Part shown: piece by piece, positions 36,987 to 46,942 of the stretch
Layout: each line of letters opens with the position of its first letter
Numbering within the stretch: position 1 is the first letter of the stretch
Assembly: GCA_041659225.1 (NCBI GenBank)
Contig: JBAZYR010000006.1
Coordinates: forward strand, 1,541-65,540
Source: Candidatus Staskawiczbacteria bacterium
GTDB taxonomy: Bacteria > Patescibacteriota > Minisyncoccia > Minisyncoccales > Staskawiczbacteraceae
DNA length: 64,000 nucleotides
Direction of reading: 5' to 3'
Translations under genes and position numbers: made by a program
The notes under the pieces: model-generated
The model's input: only the letters and a program-made list of their open reading frames with translations
Database searches by the model: none
What the model was told of the DNA's origin: nothing

Positions 36987-37103
36987 TTAAATAATTTGTA
37001 GTAAGGATAAAACTACTAAAATTACAGCTATTATGGCGAGTCCGAATATTATATGAACGCGCCTCATGTTCGTTTTATTTTCGCTGCCAGTAAATCCATT
37101 CAT
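36987..37103 (-). CDS. Small single-TM peptide, 38 aa (not in the ORF track)
   Basis: MNGFTGSENKTNMRRVHIIFGLAIIAVILVVLSLLQII-stop. It lies 40 nt downstream of a near-perfect minus-strand promoter. No SD, but many native genes here also lack one. Confidence 0.35.
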   Translation of the reverse strand: MNGFTGSENKTNMRRVHIIFGLAIIAVILVVLSLLQII

Positions 37104-37150
37104 GATTTGATTATTTCTATATATAGGAGACTAAAAGCGACCTTTCGTCT

Positions 37151-37179
37151 ATTATAGGAATAGTCTTTAATTTTTTCAA
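37151..37179 (-). promoter_or_regulatory. Near-consensus promoter driving the small peptide unit
   Basis: Minus strand: TTGAAA (37179-74), 17 nt spacer, TATAAT (37156-51). Confidence 0.5.
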
Positions 37180-37217
37180 CCTAGAATAGTGCATAACTCA
37201 ATATTACAGCCGTTCAT

Positions 37218-37250
37218 GTTCCCACGACCTCACGGGAACTTTTTGTTTTT
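37218..37250 (+). terminator. Plus-strand hairpin plus T run upstream of glyA
   Basis: GTTCCC-(10 nt)-GGGAAC followed by TTTTTGTTTTT. It is unclear which transcript it ends. Confidence 0.45.
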
Positions 37251-37285
37251 AATAATTATGCTAAAATAGTGTATACAATAAATAT

Positions 37286-38530
37286 ATGAAATTAAAAAAA
37301 GCAGATCCGCAAATAGCCAAACTAATAGAATTGGAAACTGAACGGCAAAAAACTACTCTTGAGATGATACCTTCTGAGAATCATACAACTCCTGCTGTCA
37401 GAGAGGCTTTGGGCTCGATATTAACTGATAAATATGCTGAGGGCTATCCTGGGAAAAGATATTACGCAGGCCTTGAATACTACGATAAAATTGAAACGCT
37501 TTGCCAGGAAAGGGCTAAAAAGCTGTTTGGAGTGCCACACGCCAATGTCCAGCCATATTCTGGCTCCCCCGCTAATCAGGCTGTCTATATGGCTATATGC
37601 AACCCAGGCGACACTATAATGGGCCTTTCTCTTCCCCATGGAGGTCATTTGACCCACGGCTGGAAGGTGAACTTTTCTGCTAAATTTTTTAGGTCAGTTC
37701 AATATGGAGTTGATGAAAAAACCCATTTGTTTAATTACCGAGAGATTAAGGAATTAGTCGAAAAAGAGCGCCCAAAACTAATTTGGGTGGGAGCTACTGC
37801 CTTTCCTCGGATATTTGATTGGGAGAAATTTAAAACTATTGCAGATTCAGTCGACGCTTATCTTGCTGCTGATATCGCACATATAGCCGGTTTAGTAGCC
37901 GGCGGCGCGCATCCAAGCCCTGTGCCTTTCGTCCATGTCGTTACCACGACAAGTCACAAAACTTTAAGGGGGCCACGCGGTGGCATGATTATGGTTACCC
38001 AGGAAGGTCTTAAAAAAGATCCTAGTTTAGCTGATAAAATAGACAAAGCCGTATTTCCTGGCCTACAAGGTGGCCCGCATGAAAACAGAATCGCTGCCTT
38101 AGCTGTTTGTTTGAAGGAAGCAGCAACTCCTGCCTTCAGAAAATATGCAAAGCAAATCGTTAAGAACTGCAAAGTTTTAGGAGAAGAATTAAAAACGTAT
38201 GGGTTTAAGCTGATTACTGACGGGACAGACAATCATTTGCTTTTGATTGATTTAAGGAATAAAGAAATATCCGGAAAAGATGCTCAACAGAGGTTAGAAG
38301 ATGCCGGGATTACGGTTAACAAGAATTCTATACCATTTGATCCAAATCCCCCATTTAATCCTTCCGGTATTCGTATTGGAACCCCAGCTATAACAAGTCG
38401 GGGGATGAAAGAGAAGGAAATGAAGAAAGTAGCCTCGTGGATGAACGACGTGATATCAAGTTCAAAAAATATCTCCAGGGTCCGCAAGGAGATAAAAGCG
38501 TTTTGCAGTAAATTTCCCTTGCCCAAATGA
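37286..38530 (+). CDS. glyA: Serine hydroxymethyltransferase
   Basis: LEMIPSENHTTPAVREALGS...YAEGYPGKRYY...TTTSHKTLRGPRGG. Confidence 0.95.
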   Translation: MKLKKADPQIAKLIELETERQKTTLEMIPSENHTTPAVREALGSILTDKYAEGYPGKRYYAGLEYYDKIETLCQERAKKLFGVPHANVQPYSGSPANQAVYMAICNPGDTIMGLSLPHGGHLTHGWKVNFSAKFFRSVQYGVDEKTHLFNYREIKELVEKERPKLIWVGATAFPRIFDWEKFKTIADSVDAYLAADIAHIAGLVAGGAHPSPVPFVHVVTTTSHKTLRGPRGGMIMVTQEGLKKDPSLADKIDKAVFPGLQGGPHENRIAALAVCLKEAATPAFRKYAKQIVKNCKVLGEELKTYGFKLITDGTDNHLLLIDLRNKEISGKDAQQRLEDAGITVNKNSIPFDPNPPFNPSGIRIGTPAITSRGMKEKEMKKVASWMNDVISSSKNISRVRKEIKAFCSKFPLPK

Positions 38531-39054
38531 TTGTAGAATTTATCAAGAGTATAGATCTGGTATTGTTCAGGGCTATTAACCAGTTCGCCTTTAGATGGAA
38601 TTGGCTCGATGAATTAGGCGTTTTTCTATCTGACTACCTAGTATACTTTATGGTTGCTATACTGGTTTTGTCTTTATTGAAATTTAGGAGTTATTGGAGG
38701 ATGGTGTTAATCAGTTTGATTTCGGCTTTTGTCGCAAGATTCGTTATCACAGATTTTATCCGTTTTATTCATCACCGCGTAAGACCATTTCTATCTCTAA
38801 ATGACAGTAATTTATTGATAAATCAGGTTAACCAATCATCTTTTCCTTCGGGCCACGCTGCATTTACGTTCGGGTTAGCAACTGTTGTCTATTTTTATAA
38901 TAAAAAACTCGGGGTAGCCTTTTTAATCGCCGCTTTATTAGTTTCAATAGCAAGAGTTTTTGTCGGAGTTCATTGGCCGTCAGATATCCTAGCAGGAGCT
39001 ATAGTCGGTGTTTTCTCGGGGTGGTTGGTTAATAGGTTGCTAAAGAAGAATTAA
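38527..39054 (+). CDS. PAP2-family phosphatase (undecaprenyl-diphosphatase-like)
   Basis: SFPSGHA...ARVFVGVHWPSDILAG (PAP2 motifs C2/C3). Confidence 0.8.
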   Translation: MIVEFIKSIDLVLFRAINQFAFRWNWLDELGVFLSDYLVYFMVAILVLSLLKFRSYWRMVLISLISAFVARFVITDFIRFIHHRVRPFLSLNDSNLLINQVNQSSFPSGHAAFTFGLATVVYFYNKKLGVAFLIAALLVSIARVFVGVHWPSDILAGAIVGVFSGWLVNRLLKKN

Positions 39055-39100
39055 GGGAAATGTAAAAACCGAGCTCACATTAGGCCCGGTTTTTTCTTAG

Positions 39101-39184
39101 TGCCGAGGGAGGGACTTGAACCCTCAAGAGCTTGCGCTCGCAGGTTTTTGAAACCTGTATGTTTGCCAATTTCATCACCTCGGC
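39101..39184 (-). tRNA. tRNA-Leu (anticodon CAA)
   Basis: 84 nt. Acceptor GCCGAGG/CCTCGGC, 3-bp D stem with an 11-nt loop, anticodon stem CAGGT/ACCTG with loop TT-CAA-AA, long variable arm (GAGC-GCAA-GCTC), T arm GAGGG-TTCAAGT-CCCTC, discriminator A. Confidence 0.9.
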
Positions 39185-39222
39185 ATGTTTGTTATATTAG
39201 AATATTTTTTGTCTTTTTTCAA

Positions 39223-40974
39223 CTATTCCCAGTGAGCCTCCATGACTTTTTCCGGGAACTTTTTTGCTAGTTTTTGGAACTCTTTGCACGATGGCTTATG
39301 CAAAACCGCTGCTCTATATTTTGAAATATATGCAACTACCTCGTCATCTGGAAGAGGAGAACAGCATTTTGCTTTGGTTACCATTATCCCCTTTTGCCCG
39401 GCGAGATAGATGCTTCTAGGGCCTTTTTGTTTTTCTGTAAGCAGGGGTTTTTTTTGCCCCTGTTTTCTTGCGATTCTTTCGGATATTTCAAAAACTTTTC
39501 TTTTTACATAATACGGGATTTGGCTCAAGGAAGTCACTTTGGACATCAAACTGCTTTTAGCCAGTTCCTTTTTGATTTGAGAGACAGCCAAACTTGTTTT
39601 TACAAATTTTAGCCAGTCCATTGAAGGCTTGTTCTTTTTGTTAACTATAATTTCTACAATGTCTCCGTTTTCTAGCAGATAAGAGAAATTAACAATTTTC
39701 CTGTTAACCTTCGCAGTCTCGCAGTGATTTCCGATTTCGCTGTGTACTGCGTAAGCAAAATCAATTGGCGTTGAGCCTTTTGGCAAAACGATTACATCGC
39801 CTCTTGGGGTGAAAACAAAAACTCTGTTCTCGTAAAAGTTAATTTTAAGCTTTTCCCAGGCCTCGGGAACTTCTTTAGATATTTCTAAATTTTCTTTATC
39901 CTTTGACAGGTCAACCTTCTCTTTGTATGCCCAATGGGCGCAAATACCGTATTCTGCTTCTCTGTGCATATCCGGAGTCCTGATCTGTATTTCTGTAATA
40001 TGGCCTGTCTCAGATGAGATCGTAGTATGCAGGGAACGATATCCGTTGGGCTTTGGTTTAGCTATATAGTCATTAATCTCGTCTGATATAGGGGTCCATC
40101 TTTTATGAATAACTCCTAATGTTTTGTAGCAACTCTCAATAGTACTAACGATTATCCTTAGCGCTAAAAGATCGTGAACCTTCTCAATGTTGTTGTTATA
40201 TTTTTGAAGTTTTTTGTAAATGCTCCAGTAAGATTTTGGCCGGAAGTCTATATTTATGACATTCACGCCGTTCTTCTTTAACAACTTTTTTAAGTGGATA
40301 CTGAATGACTTTAGGTAGCTTTTCCTTTCATTGAATTTTTCTTTGACTTCCGAGCGGACCCATTGGGCTTTTTCTGGTAAAAAGTAAAGAAAGGCAAGGT
40401 CTTCCAGCCTATATTTCAATTCCCAGATGTTTAATTTACTGGCGATCGGCACAAAGATCTTCAATGTTTCTAGGGCATATATCTTTTGTTGTTCAATAGT
40501 GAGATTTCTCAAGTGCTCCAAATTATCGAGTCGAGAAACTAGTTCTACCAAAATTACCCGGATGTCTCCGGCTATCGCAAAAAATACCTTTTGGAGATTT
40601 TCGAATTTTTCTTTAGTAAATTTAGTTTTTTCTTTGGACTCGTTAATAAACGGGTATCTGACCTTGCCGAGGTTTGAAACTTTTTCGATTAGAACCGCTA
40701 CTTCTCGCCCATAATTTTTTTCAACTTCGCGCAATTGTATTTTTTTTGCAGAATTCGGTACGTCGTCAATAATATCATGCAGAAGTCCGACAATGATTGT
40801 GGTTGTGTCCAGCCCCATCTCGCTTAGAGTAGACGCCACCCGGCTCGTGTGGTCAATATAGTTTTCACCGGATATTCTTTGCTTCCCTTCGTAGGATTTT
40901 TGGGCAAACAAAAAGGCGCTTTCAATCAGCTCAGGGTCTGATGATTTTTTAATGACGTCTTTTATCGCATCCAT
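39223..40974 (-). CDS. RelA/SpoT-family bifunctional (p)ppGpp synthetase/hydrolase
   Basis: HD domain (HDIIDD), RelA_SpoT synthetase block (YRSLHTT...EIQIRT) and a TGS domain (VFVFTPRGDVIVLPKGSTPIDFAYAVHSEIG). Confidence 0.9.
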   Translation of the reverse strand: MDAIKDVIKKSSDPELIESAFLFAQKSYEGKQRISGENYIDHTSRVASTLSEMGLDTTTIIVGLLHDIIDDVPNSAKKIQLREVEKNYGREVAVLIEKVSNLGKVRYPFINESKEKTKFTKEKFENLQKVFFAIAGDIRVILVELVSRLDNLEHLRNLTIEQQKIYALETLKIFVPIASKLNIWELKYRLEDLAFLYFLPEKAQWVRSEVKEKFNERKSYLKSFSIHLKKLLKKNGVNVINIDFRPKSYWSIYKKLQKYNNNIEKVHDLLALRIIVSTIESCYKTLGVIHKRWTPISDEINDYIAKPKPNGYRSLHTTISSETGHITEIQIRTPDMHREAEYGICAHWAYKEKVDLSKDKENLEISKEVPEAWEKLKINFYENRVFVFTPRGDVIVLPKGSTPIDFAYAVHSEIGNHCETAKVNRKIVNFSYLLENGDIVEIIVNKKNKPSMDWLKFVKTSLAVSQIKKELAKSSLMSKVTSLSQIPYYVKRKVFEISERIARKQGQKKPLLTEKQKGPRSIYLAGQKGIMVTKAKCCSPLPDDEVVAYISKYRAAVLHKPSCKEFQKLAKKFPEKVMEAHWE

Positions 40975-40978
40975 ACTA

Positions 40979-43006
40979 CTAGGGTTTCTTCTTAAAGTCG
41001 CACTCTTTATTTGAACACTTGACCATCTTTCCTTTTTCTATCAATAAAGAGTCACACGTGGGGCATTTTTCATTTATTGGCTTGTCCCAGAGAGCAAAAT
41101 CGCACGTAGGAAATTTGTTGCATGCATAGAATATTTTTTTCCGCTTTGTTCGTTTCTCCACGAGCTCGCCGTCAGCGCACTTTGGACATTTAACGCCCAG
41201 GACATTCGCTGGAAGTGATTCGGTGTATTTGCACTCCGGGAATTTAGAGCATGCATAGAATTTACCGAATCTCCCCAATTTCTCTATCAAAGGAGCGCCA
41301 CATTTCGGGCAATTTTTCCCGGTAGGCTTAGCCGCGAAATCCGTTCTTACGACCTCTTCGTATTTGTTTTCTAGGTTCTTTGCAAACGGTGTATAAAAGT
41401 CGTTACAGGTTTTTAGCAGGGTATCTTTTCCTTCTGCAATTTCATCAAGCTCTTCCTCCATCTTGGCGGTGAATTCAATATCAATAATTTCCGGGAAGTG
41501 TTTCACCAAGAGGTCGTTTACGATTATGCCGATTTCAGTTGGCTTAAACCTCCTTTCTTCATTTTTTTCAATGTAATTTCGATCTTGGACAGTTGACAGA
41601 GTTGGAGCGTAGGTGGATGGCCGGCCAATGCCGTCTTTTTCCAAAGCTTTAATCAAGCTAGCCTCGTTGTACCTGGCAGGGGGCTCTGTAAAGTGTTGTA
41701 AGGGTAAAAGCTCTTTTAAATCTAAAAGTTCGTTAGTGTCCATTTTCGGCAAGTCAGCCTCGACGAATTTTATCGGATAAACTTTCAAGAAACCATCAAA
41801 TTTTAAAACCTGGCCGTTTGCGCGGAAAGTATATATTTTGGCTTTGATATCTACACTTGTTGCGTCAAATATTGCGGGCGCCATCTGGCAGGCAATAAAC
41901 CTTTTCCAGATTAGTTCATAGACTTTGAATTGTTTGCTGTCTAACTTGTCTTTTAGTTTTTCTGGGGTGTTCTCTGCAGTTGTCGGCCTTATTGCTTCGT
42001 GAGCCTCTTGGGTTTTACCTTTTGATTTATATTGTCTAATATATCCTGCCCAATAGTTTGGGCCATAACTATCCTGAATAAACTTTTTGGCAGAAAAGAC
42101 GGCTGATTGTGCGAGATTCACAGAGTCGGTTCTGTGGTAGGTTATATGTCCATTCTCATAGAGATTTTGAGCCATTCTCATTGTGAATTTAGCTGGATAA
42201 TGCAGTTTTTTCCAAGATTCCTGCTGTAAGGTACTCGTGGTAAACGGCGGCAGCGGATTTCTTTTTGTTTCCTTTTCATCAATGTTAATTACCTTGTACT
42301 CAGATCCTTGCAAGTCTTGGATTATTTCCTTTGCCTCCTTCTCGGATTTGATATCCAATTTTTCTATTAACTGTTCGTTTCTTTTTACGAGCGTGGCTGC
42401 AAAGTTTTCATTGCCTACTTTCTTTGCGAGCGTGGCTTCAATCGTCCAATACTCTTGCTTTAAGAATTTCTCTATTTCTCTTTCTCGTTCGACAACCAGT
42501 CGTACTGCTACGGATTGCACTCGGCCGGCTGATAAGCCCCTGGAAATCTTTTTCCACAAGAATGGAGAAAGCTTGTACCCCACAATCCTATCTAAAATTC
42601 TCCTGGCTTGCTGAGAATTGACAAGATTCATGTCAATTTTTCTTGGGTTTTTCAACGCTTCTTCTATAGCTCCTTTTGTGATTTCATGAAAAACAATTCT
42701 CGGAGAATCTTTAAGGCCTAGAACCTCGCTTAGATGCCAGGCAATAGCTTCGCCTTCACGGTCCTCATCAGTTGCCAGAATAATCTCGTCGCTCTTTTTG
42801 GCCTCTTTTTTTAATGCAGTGACATTTTTTTTGGCTTTAGTCGGGATTATGTATTGTGGCGTAAAGTTGTTTTCAATATCGATTCCAAGATTACTCTTTG
42901 GTAAGTCTCTTACGTGGCCAAAAGAGGACAGCACTTTGTATTTGCTGCCTAAAAATTTTTGAATTGTTTTTGCTTTTGTCGGACTCTCAACGATTACTAA
43001 GTTCAT
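40979..43006 (-). CDS. topA: DNA topoisomerase I
   Basis: MNLVIVESPTKAKTIQKFLG, TOPRIM DEDREGEAIAWH, active-site region ITYHRTDS and C-terminal Cys4 zinc fingers. Confidence 0.95.
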   Translation of the reverse strand: MNLVIVESPTKAKTIQKFLGSKYKVLSSFGHVRDLPKSNLGIDIENNFTPQYIIPTKAKKNVTALKKEAKKSDEIILATDEDREGEAIAWHLSEVLGLKDSPRIVFHEITKGAIEEALKNPRKIDMNLVNSQQARRILDRIVGYKLSPFLWKKISRGLSAGRVQSVAVRLVVEREREIEKFLKQEYWTIEATLAKKVGNENFAATLVKRNEQLIEKLDIKSEKEAKEIIQDLQGSEYKVINIDEKETKRNPLPPFTTSTLQQESWKKLHYPAKFTMRMAQNLYENGHITYHRTDSVNLAQSAVFSAKKFIQDSYGPNYWAGYIRQYKSKGKTQEAHEAIRPTTAENTPEKLKDKLDSKQFKVYELIWKRFIACQMAPAIFDATSVDIKAKIYTFRANGQVLKFDGFLKVYPIKFVEADLPKMDTNELLDLKELLPLQHFTEPPARYNEASLIKALEKDGIGRPSTYAPTLSTVQDRNYIEKNEERRFKPTEIGIIVNDLLVKHFPEIIDIEFTAKMEEELDEIAEGKDTLLKTCNDFYTPFAKNLENKYEEVVRTDFAAKPTGKNCPKCGAPLIEKLGRFGKFYACSKFPECKYTESLPANVLGVKCPKCADGELVEKRTKRKKIFYACNKFPTCDFALWDKPINEKCPTCDSLLIEKGKMVKCSNKECDFKKKP

Positions 43007-43009
43007 GGT

Positions 43010-43708
43010 TTAAAATAGTTTTTTAATTCGCGGATCATTGCTCTCAAGAATAGATAAACTCAATTCTTCCAGAATATCGTTGAAGTTGTCAACTAGCTTT
43101 GCTCCCCTTTTGATTAATTTGTTCGTTCCTGCCGAGTTAGCTGAATAGATGTGTCCTGGAACTGCGAACAGTGCCCTGTCTTGGTTTAAAGCGTGTTTTG
43201 CTGTTATTAACGAGCCCGATTTATTTTTTGCCTCAATAACTAGAACGCCGTGGGATAATCCTGAGATAATGCGGTTTCTGGCCGGTAAGGAGAGGCGCGA
43301 TCCCCGATTCCCTGGAGGCAGTTCGGATATTAAGCACCCCCCGTATTTTATAATCTCCCTCGTTAATCCAATATTAAGTCCGGGGTAAATACTTTTTTCG
43401 TCTAATCCTGTTCCGAGCACGGCAATAGTTCTTTTCTTTTTATTGACGCATACTTGATGGGCAAAAGTATCTATGCCGAGAGCCAACCCGCTTACAATTG
43501 TCAGTCCTGCGCTAGTCAATCTCCCGACGATTTCTGTTGCTACTTGCTTGCCATAATTAGAATAGTTTCTTGCGCCGACAACGCTAAGACAGAATTCGTC
43601 TCTTTTCATCTCTCCGCGGTAATACAAAACCTTGGGCGGGTTACTTATTCTCTTCAAAAGTGCAGGATAATGTTCGTCTTCAATCTTTAATATCTTAATT
43701 TCATCCAT
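43010..43708 (-). CDS. dprA: DNA-processing protein DprA (short form)
   Basis: YPALLKRISNPPKVLYYRG...VVGARNYSNYG...SGLALGIDTFAH. Confidence 0.85.
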   Translation of the reverse strand: MDEIKILKIEDEHYPALLKRISNPPKVLYYRGEMKRDEFCLSVVGARNYSNYGKQVATEIVGRLTSAGLTIVSGLALGIDTFAHQVCVNKKKRTIAVLGTGLDEKSIYPGLNIGLTREIIKYGGCLISELPPGNRGSRLSLPARNRIISGLSHGVLVIEAKNKSGSLITAKHALNQDRALFAVPGHIYSANSAGTNKLIKRGAKLVDNFNDILEELSLSILESNDPRIKKLF

Positions 43709-43799
43709 TTAAAAACTATATCATAATTCGAGGCTTAGTTGAAATTTTAGATATTTTGAGATAGTATAAATCGGGACATTTAAAAGAGAGGAGCCGGCC

Positions 43800-44411
43800 A
43801 TGGTTGAGAATGAACCAGCAGATATTGGAGCCGATTTGAATGGGCCCAAGAAAAAACCTCCTCGTAAAGTTGTTCAGGGGGTAATGGATTTATTGAAACG
43901 AATTGTTAAACAAGGGCCAGAGCCCGAAGTTGAAGAGATTAATGAAAGAATCGTCAGTACAGAAGAGATTATGGCCATTTTGCCACATCGTGGGAGAATG
44001 TTGCTTCTTAACCGGGTAGTGATAAGGCCAGACAGGGTTATCGGCGAATTCAAAGTTACCGACGAAGTATGTGAGGGGCACGCCTTTGAGGGGCGCCTCG
44101 TCTTTAAAGGATCAGACTTCTCCGACATGGCAGCTCAGCTCTTAGGGGTGTGGGCAGCTCAATATCCTGATTTTGAAGGTAAAAAAGCTTACGCTCGTCA
44201 ATATGGAGGATCAAAGTTCCAGGGGCTTGTTTCTCCTGGAGATCTGATATTAATGGAGATAAGCGCCGGACATTTAAGGGCGGAAATAACAATTCGTCCG
44301 AAATTCCGGAAGATTCTTGTCACCGGTACAGATTTCTCCGCTATGGTAGGCGGACAACAAATAGCAAAAATCTTTTCAGTAGAATTAGTTGCTACAGAAA
44401 TAGAAAAGTAG
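43800..44411 (+). CDS. FabZ/FabA-like hotdog-fold protein with an N-terminal extension (stand-alone, intermediate GC)
   Basis: ILPHRGRMLLLNRV resembles the FabZ LPHRYPFLLVDRV motif, and CEGHAFEG...MAAQLLGV resembles the FabZ F-GHFP...AQ block. It has its own promoter TTGAAA-17-TAGTAT, SD AGAGGAG and a hairpin terminator CTTGGT-TGCG-ACCAAG. Confidence 0.55.
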   Translation: MVENEPADIGADLNGPKKKPPRKVVQGVMDLLKRIVKQGPEPEVEEINERIVSTEEIMAILPHRGRMLLLNRVVIRPDRVIGEFKVTDEVCEGHAFEGRLVFKGSDFSDMAAQLLGVWAAQYPDFEGKKAYARQYGGSKFQGLVSPGDLILMEISAGHLRAEITIRPKFRKILVTGTDFSAMVGGQQIAKIFSVELVATEIEK

Positions 44412-44434
44412 GGCTTGGTTGCGACCAAGTCTTT

Positions 44435-46411
44435 TCATTTCCTTAATTTTTCAACCGCGTCTGAAATCATCTGGCAATAAAGGTTCAGCCCGACTTTATT
44501 TATGCTTCCGCTTTGCTCTTTGCCTAATATATTTCCAGCACCGCGCATTTCTAAATCCTTCATAGCAATTCTATAACCCGAACCTAATTCCTGCGCTTCC
44601 TCCAGCGCAGCTAATCTCATGGACCCTTTTTCCTGCAGATTCTTTTTGTGCAGGAAATACGCATAAGATTGGGTGCCGGAACGGCCGACTCGTCCGCGTA
44701 TTTGGTATGCCTGCGACAGGCCAAGGCGTTCAGAGTTAGCTACAATTATGGTATTTACGTTTGGAAAATCTAAGCCGTTCTCAATAATAGTTGTTGCTAA
44801 AAGAATATCAATCTTCGGTTTTTTGTTGTCTTTAATAGAAAAATCGTCCATTATTCTGACCAATTCCCTTTCTTTCATCTTTCCATGAACAATGGCAATT
44901 TTAGCTGTCGGGACTAATTCTTGAATCGCCTTTTTAACCGCCTCGATAGTTTGCACCCGATTGTGTAAATAATAAATTTGGCCTCCCCTTTTCATCTCAT
45001 CCTCAATTGCTTTTTTAATAACTTTCATTGATTGGGGTGTAACGATTGTTTTTATAGGCAGCCTCTGCTCTGGCGGCGTTTGGATAAAACTCACATCTTT
45101 TAAAGAAGAAAGCGACAAGTAAAGCGTGCGCGGAATGGGAGTTGCAGACAAAGATAATATATCAATCTTTGTTCGCATTTGTTTTAACTTTTCTTTCTGC
45201 CACACCCCAAACCTTTGTTCGTCGTCGATTATCAAAAGTCCTGTTTCATCTTTTTGGAATAGCAAAGGGACAATATCTTTCGATAATATCCTATGCGTCC
45301 CTATCACAATATCGATTTTATTTTTTTCTAATCTTTTAATTATCTCTTTTTGTTCTTTTTTAGTTTGGAGCCTGGTCAGAAGGGAAACCTCAATAGGGAG
45401 ATTATCTAGTCTCTTTTTAAAATTGTGAAAATGCTGGCTGGCCAGAATTGTAGTGGGGGCGATCAGCACTACCTGGTACCCCGATTTCACAACTTTCACC
45501 GCAGCTCTTATTGCAATTTCTGTTTTTCCAAAACCAACATCGCCACAGATTAATCTGTCCATTGGTTTTGTTTTTTCAAGGTCTTTGTTTATTTCCTCAA
45601 TGGCTTGCAGTTGATCTGGAGTTTCCTCGTATTTGAAGCTATCCGCTATCTCGGAATCAAACTCATCAGAGGGAAGATAAGGTGCTCTTTGCGCTTCTTC
45701 CCGTCCGGCATATATTTCCAGAAGTTCTTTGGCGAACTTTTCTGCCTCCTCCTTAATTTTCTTTTTAGTTTTTTGCCATAAGGAAGACCCGAGTCTGGCT
45801 ATATTCGGTTCTACAAAGCCAGTGTATCTGGAAAGTTTTCTTTCTAAACCAACAGGCACATAAAGCTTGTCCCCGCCGCTATATTCTAAAAGATAATATT
45901 TGCCTTCGTTATGGGAAACAATGTCATTGAATTTGCCGATGCCGTGGTCGAGGTGGACTATGTAGCTGCCGGGTTTTAAACCTTTTAAGTCAGAAAAAAG
46001 CTTTTGAGATTTTAGCTTCTTTTTCAATACTTCTCGTGCTTTTTCCTCGTCTTCTATATATATATCGAGATTCTCAATATTATCAATTTTGTTTCCCAGG
46101 AAGTCGAAGCGCACTGCGTTTTTCATGTTAATAGAAAAGATATTTATTACCCCGCCGTGCTGCGAGAACTCTCCGGGGTCAGATACCTTAAGAACTTTCT
46201 CGTATCCCATTTCGTCTATCTTCCGTAGAAAAAGAGAAAAGTTGTATGTTTGGTCTTTTTCTAGAAATAAAATATTATCCTGGAAAAAGGTTTGAGACTT
46301 CTGAGCGCTAAGAACTTCTTTGAGATTTTCTTCGAACCAAATAACCCCCTTTTCTAGAAAGTAGGGGATGAGGCTTACTATTAAAACCTGATTTAGTTTA
46401 CTAATGCCCAT
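44435..46411 (-). CDS. mfd: Transcription-repair coupling factor (Mfd), short form
   Basis: CarD/RID motif YIVHLDHGIGKF, helicase motifs GDVGFGKTE, DEQRFGV, QIRGRVGRS and a TRG-like LEMRGAGNILGKEQSG. It lacks the UvrB-homology N-terminus. Confidence 0.85.
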   Translation of the reverse strand: MGISKLNQVLIVSLIPYFLEKGVIWFEENLKEVLSAQKSQTFFQDNILFLEKDQTYNFSLFLRKIDEMGYEKVLKVSDPGEFSQHGGVINIFSINMKNAVRFDFLGNKIDNIENLDIYIEDEEKAREVLKKKLKSQKLFSDLKGLKPGSYIVHLDHGIGKFNDIVSHNEGKYYLLEYSGGDKLYVPVGLERKLSRYTGFVEPNIARLGSSLWQKTKKKIKEEAEKFAKELLEIYAGREEAQRAPYLPSDEFDSEIADSFKYEETPDQLQAIEEINKDLEKTKPMDRLICGDVGFGKTEIAIRAAVKVVKSGYQVVLIAPTTILASQHFHNFKKRLDNLPIEVSLLTRLQTKKEQKEIIKRLEKNKIDIVIGTHRILSKDIVPLLFQKDETGLLIIDDEQRFGVWQKEKLKQMRTKIDILSLSATPIPRTLYLSLSSLKDVSFIQTPPEQRLPIKTIVTPQSMKVIKKAIEDEMKRGGQIYYLHNRVQTIEAVKKAIQELVPTAKIAIVHGKMKERELVRIMDDFSIKDNKKPKIDILLATTIIENGLDFPNVNTIIVANSERLGLSQAYQIRGRVGRSGTQSYAYFLHKKNLQEKGSMRLAALEEAQELGSGYRIAMKDLEMRGAGNILGKEQSGSINKVGLNLYCQMISDAVEKLRK

Positions 46412-46423
46412 TTTTCATAATGC

Positions 46424-46452
46424 TTGACAGATATATTATTATATGTTATTAT
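46424..46452 (+). promoter_or_regulatory. Promoter of cassette D
   Basis: TTGACA (46424-29), 17 nt spacer, TATTAT (46447-52). Confidence 0.5.
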
Positions 46453-46512
46453 TTTTTTATCGTAAGTAGTTGTTCCTTTTACCAAGACCTTGCGCAACAT
46501 AAGGAGAAAATT

Positions 46513-46914
46513 ATGACTGCAAGGCAAACGATTTCGACGGAAAAGATGGAACGGGCAAAGAGGATGAGGGACCTTGGGTTTATTCATGTCACTGGTTTAC
46601 CCACATGGAATCCGAATGGCACCATGGGTTACTTCATCCAACCTCGGCATGGTGAAATGAACTGCACTGGCCACAATAATGGGGTGACCGTTGTCATCAT
46701 GCCTGACGGTGAAGTGTGGATTGGATTCATATCCGATCCGATCGTGATCTGCAGGATGGTCACATGGCTCAACATTGGTCAAACCGACGCCTTTGTGCCG
46801 TGCTCCAACGGGGAGCAGGTGTCCCAGAATCTGATTCTGGCAAGGAATGCCAACCCTTACACCGACTGCCATGGGCAATATTCACCCGTTCCGAGACCAA
46901 AGGGACCAAAATGA
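46513..46914 (+). CDS. GC-rich orphan protein, 133 aa (cassette D)
   Basis: Perfect SD AAGGAG (46501-06) 6 nt before the ATG. MTARQTISTEKMERAKRMRDLGFIHVTGLPTWNPNG... No family recognised. The track ORF start at 46420 lies in the AT-rich leader and is rejected. Confidence 0.6.
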   Translation: MTARQTISTEKMERAKRMRDLGFIHVTGLPTWNPNGTMGYFIQPRHGEMNCTGHNNGVTVVIMPDGEVWIGFISDPIVICRMVTWLNIGQTDAFVPCSNGEQVSQNLILARNANPYTDCHGQYSPVPRPKGPK

Positions 46915-46942
46915 TCGAATAATTCGGTCGACAACAAATCAT

